A DNA stretch of 64,000 bases from an uncultured bacterium (GTDB lineage Bacteria > Krumholzibacteriota > Krumholzibacteriia > Krumholzibacteriales > Krumholzibacteriaceae): the NCBI GenBank assembly GCA_963786935.1, contig CAWBAN010000001.1, positions 672,001 through 736,000 on the forward strand, read 5' to 3'. Positions 59,968 through 64,000 of the stretch are shown here, piece by piece (position 1 is the stretch's first letter; the number at the start of each line of letters is the position of its first letter). The translations under genes were made by a program, and so were the position numbers. The notes beneath the pieces are model-generated. The model did not search any database and was not told the DNA's origin. It worked only from the letters and a program-made list of their open reading frames with translations.

Positions 59968-61015
59968 GGCGCGGCGGGAAGGGACGCCGCTCAGAATACT
60001 CATCACGAGGCTGCGATATCTCGGCGACGTGATTCTCACCACGCCCGCCGTCGCGGCGCTCAAGGCGCGCTATCCCGCGGCCGCGATCGATTACGCGACG
60101 GAGCTTCCCTACGCCGATATTCTGGAAGGGAATCCCGCTATCGGCCGCGTCATACGCCTCTCCCGGAGCGCGGCTCGGGCGCCTGCCGAGATTGCGCGGA
60201 TCCGGGGGCTCCGCTACACGGCGTGCATCGATCTCTTTCACAACCCGCGCAGCGCGCTGCTGCTCTTCCTCGCGGGAATCCCGATACGGGCGGGGGGCGC
60301 GCGGGGGATACGGAGCGGGCTCTACACGCACCGGTTCGCCGTTCCGGCCGAAACGCGGAGCGCGGTTTCGCACCATATCGCGGCGATGGGCGTGTTCGAC
60401 GTCGGACCGGGGGATTCGCTCCCGCGCGTGTACCTCTCGCCGGATGAGCGGGAAGCGGGCCGGGAGCTTCTCGATCGCGCGGCGGGGGAGCGCGCGCCCG
60501 GCGGCCCGATCGTCGCGATCCATCCCGGCGGCACGTGGCAGTCGAAGCGATGGCCGGCGGCCTCGTTCGCCTCGTTCGCGCTGCTCGTTCGCGAGCGGCT
60601 CGGCGGCACCGCCGTCGTCGTCACGGGGCCGGGAGAGGAAGCGATCGCGGCGCGCGTTCAAGCGGCGGCGCCGGAGGCCGCGAGGGTGATGCCGTATCGG
60701 CCCCTGCGGGGGATCGCGTCCGTTCTCGCCTCGTGCGACGCCGTGGTGGCCAATGACGGCGGGCTCATGCATATGGCGGTCGCGCTCGGGCGGCCGACGG
60801 TCGGCGTGTTCGGCCCGACCGAGCCGGACATATGGTTTCCGTACGAGGGGAAGGGCCCCTTCGCCGTCGCGAGCCGCCGGCTGGAGTGTTCGCCGTGCCA
60901 CCGGCATGAATGCGGGAGCATCGAATGCCTCGAAGGCCTCGATCCGGCGGACGTGCTCGAGCATCTCAGAATGGTTCTCCTCTGGAATAAGCCGGAGGGA
61001 AGGGCGAATTCATGA
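59951..61015 (+). CDS. Glycosyltransferase family 9 (heptosyltransferase)
   Basis: RLRYLGDVILTTP, HPGGTWQSKRWP, NDGGLMH, VFGPT, CSPC. Confidence 0.9.
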   Translation: MNLDDEARREGTPLRILITRLRYLGDVILTTPAVAALKARYPAAAIDYATELPYADILEGNPAIGRVIRLSRSAARAPAEIARIRGLRYTACIDLFHNPRSALLLFLAGIPIRAGGARGIRSGLYTHRFAVPAETRSAVSHHIAAMGVFDVGPGDSLPRVYLSPDEREAGRELLDRAAGERAPGGPIVAIHPGGTWQSKRWPAASFASFALLVRERLGGTAVVVTGPGEEAIAARVQAAAPEAARVMPYRPLRGIASVLASCDAVVANDGGLMHMAVALGRPTVGVFGPTEPDIWFPYEGKGPFAVASRRLECSPCHRHECGSIECLEGLDPADVLEHLRMVLLWNKPEGRANS

Positions 61016-61137
61016 CGCGCGGACGAGGATTCAGGGCTATCGTGCACGGCAATTGCACGGCGATAAGCGGGAAGCGAATGGCCCGCTGTTGAATGTTCGG
61101 TTGAAAGAGTCAGTTATTGATTAAACAATAAGGTGTT

Positions 61138-62016
61138 ATGATGTTCATTAAAAGTAAGATGTCAAATGTCGATGTCTGCTTGGGTGTTCTTTTTGGGGCG
61201 TTTTCCGTCCTCTTTTCCGGTCAAGCGATCGCGCTCGAGGAGGACACGGCCTTGGTGGCGGATCCGCAGCTCGATGGCTTCCAGCTCGTGCATGTCTTTC
61301 CCCGGATCGTGCCGTTCGGGGAGGGAGAGCTTCTGACCTTTTCGATCCAGTATGGATTGATCTACGCGGGAGAGGCGACGCTCGAGATCAGGAACATCGC
61401 CGGGGTCGACAGCGCGAGGGCCTACCACATCATCTCGACGGCCCGAACGAGCAGCGCGTTCGATCATGTGTTCAAGGTCCGCGACCGGCACGATTCGCTC
61501 CTCGACTACGACAACCTGTTCTCCCTCAGCTTCGAGAAGCATCTGCGCGAGGGGAAATTCAAGCGGGACGAAAAGGTCACGTTCGATCAGAAGAGGCATC
61601 TCGCGATATATCCGGACAAGCAGGTGCCGATTCCGCCGAACACGCAGGATTTCCTGAGCGCGCTCTACTACGCGAGAACGCTTCCCCTCGACGTGGGACA
61701 GGCGATCGCGATGGCGAATCACACGGGAGGCAAGAACTACCCGATCTACATCAAGGTGCTTCGCCGGGAGCGGGTGAAGGTGCCGGCGGGGGAATTCGAC
61801 TGTCTCGTCGTGGAGCCCGTTCTGCAAACGACCAGCCTGTTCGAGAACAAGGGGAAGTTGACAATATGGGTGACGGATGATACGGTCCGAATGCCCGTTT
61901 TGCTGCGGTCGAAGGTCGTGATCGGAGCCTTCGAAGCCGTTCTCAAGAGTTACCGTTTGAGCACCGCCGCGTATCGGTCCATCGAGCGAAAGGATATGCC
62001 GGGACATGCCGAGTAG
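61138..62016 (+). CDS. DUF3108-domain exported protein (start uncertain)
   Basis: PFGEGELLTF..YG...AG, FKVRD, QDFLSALYY.R, VPAGEFDC, IWVTDD..RMPV. Confidence 0.82.
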   Translation: MMFIKSKMSNVDVCLGVLFGAFSVLFSGQAIALEEDTALVADPQLDGFQLVHVFPRIVPFGEGELLTFSIQYGLIYAGEATLEIRNIAGVDSARAYHIISTARTSSAFDHVFKVRDRHDSLLDYDNLFSLSFEKHLREGKFKRDEKVTFDQKRHLAIYPDKQVPIPPNTQDFLSALYYARTLPLDVGQAIAMANHTGGKNYPIYIKVLRRERVKVPAGEFDCLVVEPVLQTTSLFENKGKLTIWVTDDTVRMPVLLRSKVVIGAFEAVLKSYRLSTAAYRSIERKDMPGHAE

Positions 62017-62953
62017 GTTCGAAGAGATCGACCTCTCCCGCGTGAGGACCGTATCGGTCCGCGAGCGGGGAAGCAAGGTCGCCGTGCGGGATTTCGGGGA
62101 TCCGGTCAAAGGCGGGCGCGCGTTCGCCCGCTGGAAGGAATCCCTTCCACGGCAGCTCGCCGCGGAACGTCTCGAAACGCTCGCGCGGGCGATCAGGCGC
62201 GCGGCGGCGGGGCGAAAGGGAGAGATCGTCTGGATGATCGGCGCGCATGTCGTCAAGTGCGGTCTTTCCCGGTACCTCATCGAGCTCATGCGCAAGGGGT
62301 ACGTCACCGCGCTCGCGATGAACGGCGCGGCGGCGATCCACGATTTCGAAATCGCCTCGTTCGGCGAGACGTCCGAGGACGTCCCGGAAAGCCTCGCGCG
62401 CGGGATTTTCGGCTTCGCGCGGGAGACGGCGGACGGATGCTTCGCGGCCGTCTCAAAGGGGCGCGCGGAAGGGTGGGGGCTCGGGGAATCGCTCGGCCGC
62501 TCGCTCGGTGAATCGAAGGCGCCGAACCGGGAGAGCAGCGTTCTCGCGGCGGCGAGCCTCTTCGGCATTCCCGCAACGGTGCACGTGGCGATCGGCACCG
62601 ACATCGTGCACCAGCACCCCGGATTCGACGGCGCGGCGTGGGGAGAGCTCTCGGCGAGGGATTTCCGGATCCTCGCCGCGCGGATCGAGAGTCTCGGGCG
62701 GCAGGGGGGGGTGGCGCTCAACGTCGGCTCCGCCGTGATACTGCCCGAGGTGTTCCTGAAGGCGTTCAGCGTCGCGCGGAATCTCGGCGCTTCCTTCGAC
62801 CGCCTCACCACGTGCAACATGGATATGGCGCAGCATTACCGTCCGCGGGAGAACGTGCTCGAGCGTCCGAACGCGTTCGGCGGCACCGGCATCTCGATCA
62901 CCGGGCATCATGAAATCATGATTCCGCTCCTGTATTCGCACCTGCTCTCCTGA
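62006..62953 (+). CDS. Deoxyhypusine-synthase-like (GSU2086-type) conserved protein
   Basis: GAHVVKCGL, AMNGAAAIHDFE, TSEDV, GFARET, TVHVAIGTDIVH, GSAVILPEVFLK, HYRP, GHHEIMIP. Confidence 0.75.
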   Translation: MPSRFEEIDLSRVRTVSVRERGSKVAVRDFGDPVKGGRAFARWKESLPRQLAAERLETLARAIRRAAAGRKGEIVWMIGAHVVKCGLSRYLIELMRKGYVTALAMNGAAAIHDFEIASFGETSEDVPESLARGIFGFARETADGCFAAVSKGRAEGWGLGESLGRSLGESKAPNRESSVLAAASLFGIPATVHVAIGTDIVHQHPGFDGAAWGELSARDFRILAARIESLGRQGGVALNVGSAVILPEVFLKAFSVARNLGASFDRLTTCNMDMAQHYRPRENVLERPNAFGGTGISITGHHEIMIPLLYSHLLS

Positions 62954-62957
62954 AGCC

Positions 62958-64000
62958 ATGAATCGAAAGCTCCTCTTCGTAATCGTCGCGCTCGGCCTCG
63001 CGGCGCGCGCCCTGTTCTGGCTCGAGGTGACGGGGCCGTCCGCGCCGCTTCGCGGCGACGAGATCGACTACGACGCGCTCGCGAGATCACTCGCCTCGGG
63101 GCGCGGATTCGCCGTCGCCGCGGGCGAGCCGACCGCGTCGCGCCCGCCGCTCTATCCGGCGTTCCTCGCCGGGATCTACCGGATCACGGGCTGCCGGACG
63201 GAGGCGGGGAAGATCGTCCAGATTCTGCTCGGCGCCGCGATCGTGTTCCTGACCTATCTGCTCGCGCGCCGGCTCTTCACGGAAAACGCGGCGCTCGCCG
63301 CGGCGGCGATCGCCGCGCTCGATCCGTCGCTCATCTTCATCAGCTCGTATCTGCTCGCGGAGAATCTGTACATCGTTCTCCTGCTCTCGTTCCTCGCGCT
63401 TTTCGCCCGCGCGGCGACCTCCCCGCTCTCGTTCGGCGCCTGCGGGGCGGGGGGCATTCTGCTCGGGCTCGCGAGCCTCGCGCGTCCGAACGCGTTCCCG
63501 TTCGCGGTGTTCGCGGCCTGCGCCTTCGCGCTCTTCGGCGCGGGCGCGCGCGGAGCGCGGATCGCGAAATCGGCGCTTCTCCTCGCGGCGGTCTTCGCCG
63601 CGCTCGCGCCGTGGGCGGCGCGCAACGAGAGGCGGCTCGGCGCGCCCGTTCTCTTCACGACGCACGGCGGCATCACCTTCTATCAGGGGAACAACCGGAT
63701 CGCGTTCGACGAGCCGACCTACCGGGGGACCGTCGCGCCGCTCGCGGCGCTTCCGGGATGGGACCGGATCAAAGGAATGGGCGAGGTCGAGGGAGATACG
63801 GAAGCGCGACGGCTCGGAACGGAATTCGTGCGGGAAAATCCCGGCCGCTTCATCCGGATGGCCGGCTGGCGGTTCCTGCGGTTCTGGCGCTTCTCGGGAG
63901 ACGCGCCGTTCAGCGGCGTGAAGAGCGGTTGGTGGTGGGACAAGGGGCGGGGGCTCGGCTCGCTCGCGAGCTCCCTGGACGTCGTCTTCCTGTTCTCCGT
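62958..64000 (+). CDS. GT-C fold glycosyltransferase (GT39/ArnT-like), 3' partial
   Basis: Translated by hand from ATG 62958: MNRKLLFVIVALGLAAR...GDEIDYDALARSLASG...RPPLYPAFLA...LARPN...PWAARN. Appears open to the window end and is absent from the ORF track because it has no stop. Confidence 0.85.
   Translation, partial: MNRKLLFVIVALGLAARALFWLEVTGPSAPLRGDEIDYDALARSLASGRGFAVAAGEPTASRPPLYPAFLAGIYRITGCRTEAGKIVQILLGAAIVFLTYLLARRLFTENAALAAAAIAALDPSLIFISSYLLAENLYIVLLLSFLALFARAATSPLSFGACGAGGILLGLASLARPNAFPFAVFAACAFALFGAGARGARIAKSALLLAAVFAALAPWAARNERRLGAPVLFTTHGGITFYQGNNRIAFDEPTYRGTVAPLAALPGWDRIKGMGEVEGDTEARRLGTEFVRENPGRFIRMAGWRFLRFWRFSGDAPFSGVKSGWWWDKGRGLGSLASSLDVVFLFS

Noticed and set aside
61042..61057. 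GTGCACGGCAATTGCA as a sigma54 promoter
   Set aside because: It lacks the invariant GG at -24 (reads TG).
62006..62953. DHS-like protein as the modifier of the EF-P at 785-1342
   Set aside because: This EF-P has no Lys at the loop tip, the genes are 60 kb apart, and the DHS-like gene sits in an LPS context.
1..64000. CRISPR arrays, tRNA/rRNA genes, IS elements, prophage or defence systems
   Set aside because: No regularly spaced repeats, cloverleafs, transposase, integrase or phage genes were seen by eye. Coding density is high and intergenic gaps are short.

Overview
High-GC (by eye roughly 65-70%) diderm bacterial chromosome segment made almost entirely of core genes. The fused lpxC-fabZ, mcsA-mcsB-clpC next to bamA and a Minf_1886-type gene suggest an FCB-related candidate lineage such as Krumholzibacteriota/Latescibacterota/Eisenbacteria; this placement is inference only. 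A + strand run (1-33.6 kb) carries a TPR gene, efp, a pilT paralog, comB-like phosphatase, thiE, ftsK, rimO, bamD, nadD, polA, coaE, prfB (programmed +1 frameshift), lysS, lolC/E, lolD, mcsA-mcsB-clpC, bamA, skp and a lipid A cluster (lpxD, lpxC-fabZ, lpxA, gnnA-like, lpxB, DUF374/LpxJ-like, lpxK). The middle has nadB, a degenerate spermidine-synthase-like membrane protein and a convergent operon (Gld-like ABC system, DUF4340, AmmeMemoRadiSam genes). In that operon the radical SAM enzyme has a twin-arginine-like leader and the MEMO-AMMECR1 fusion has a signal peptide. The right end has hsp20-lon coupled to LPS-core genes (three GT9 proteins, msbA), DUF3108, a DHS-like protein and GT-C glycosyltransferases. 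Five genes carry a -1 break, four of them in G7/G8 runs, most likely long-read homopolymer errors. No rRNA, tRNA, CRISPR array or mobile element was seen. Best novelty candidates: the apparently exported AmmeMemoRadiSam/ABC module, a promoter-to-terminator structured RNA at about 52.3 kb, an EF-P with an MQQRRP loop, and three sigma54-type promoters.
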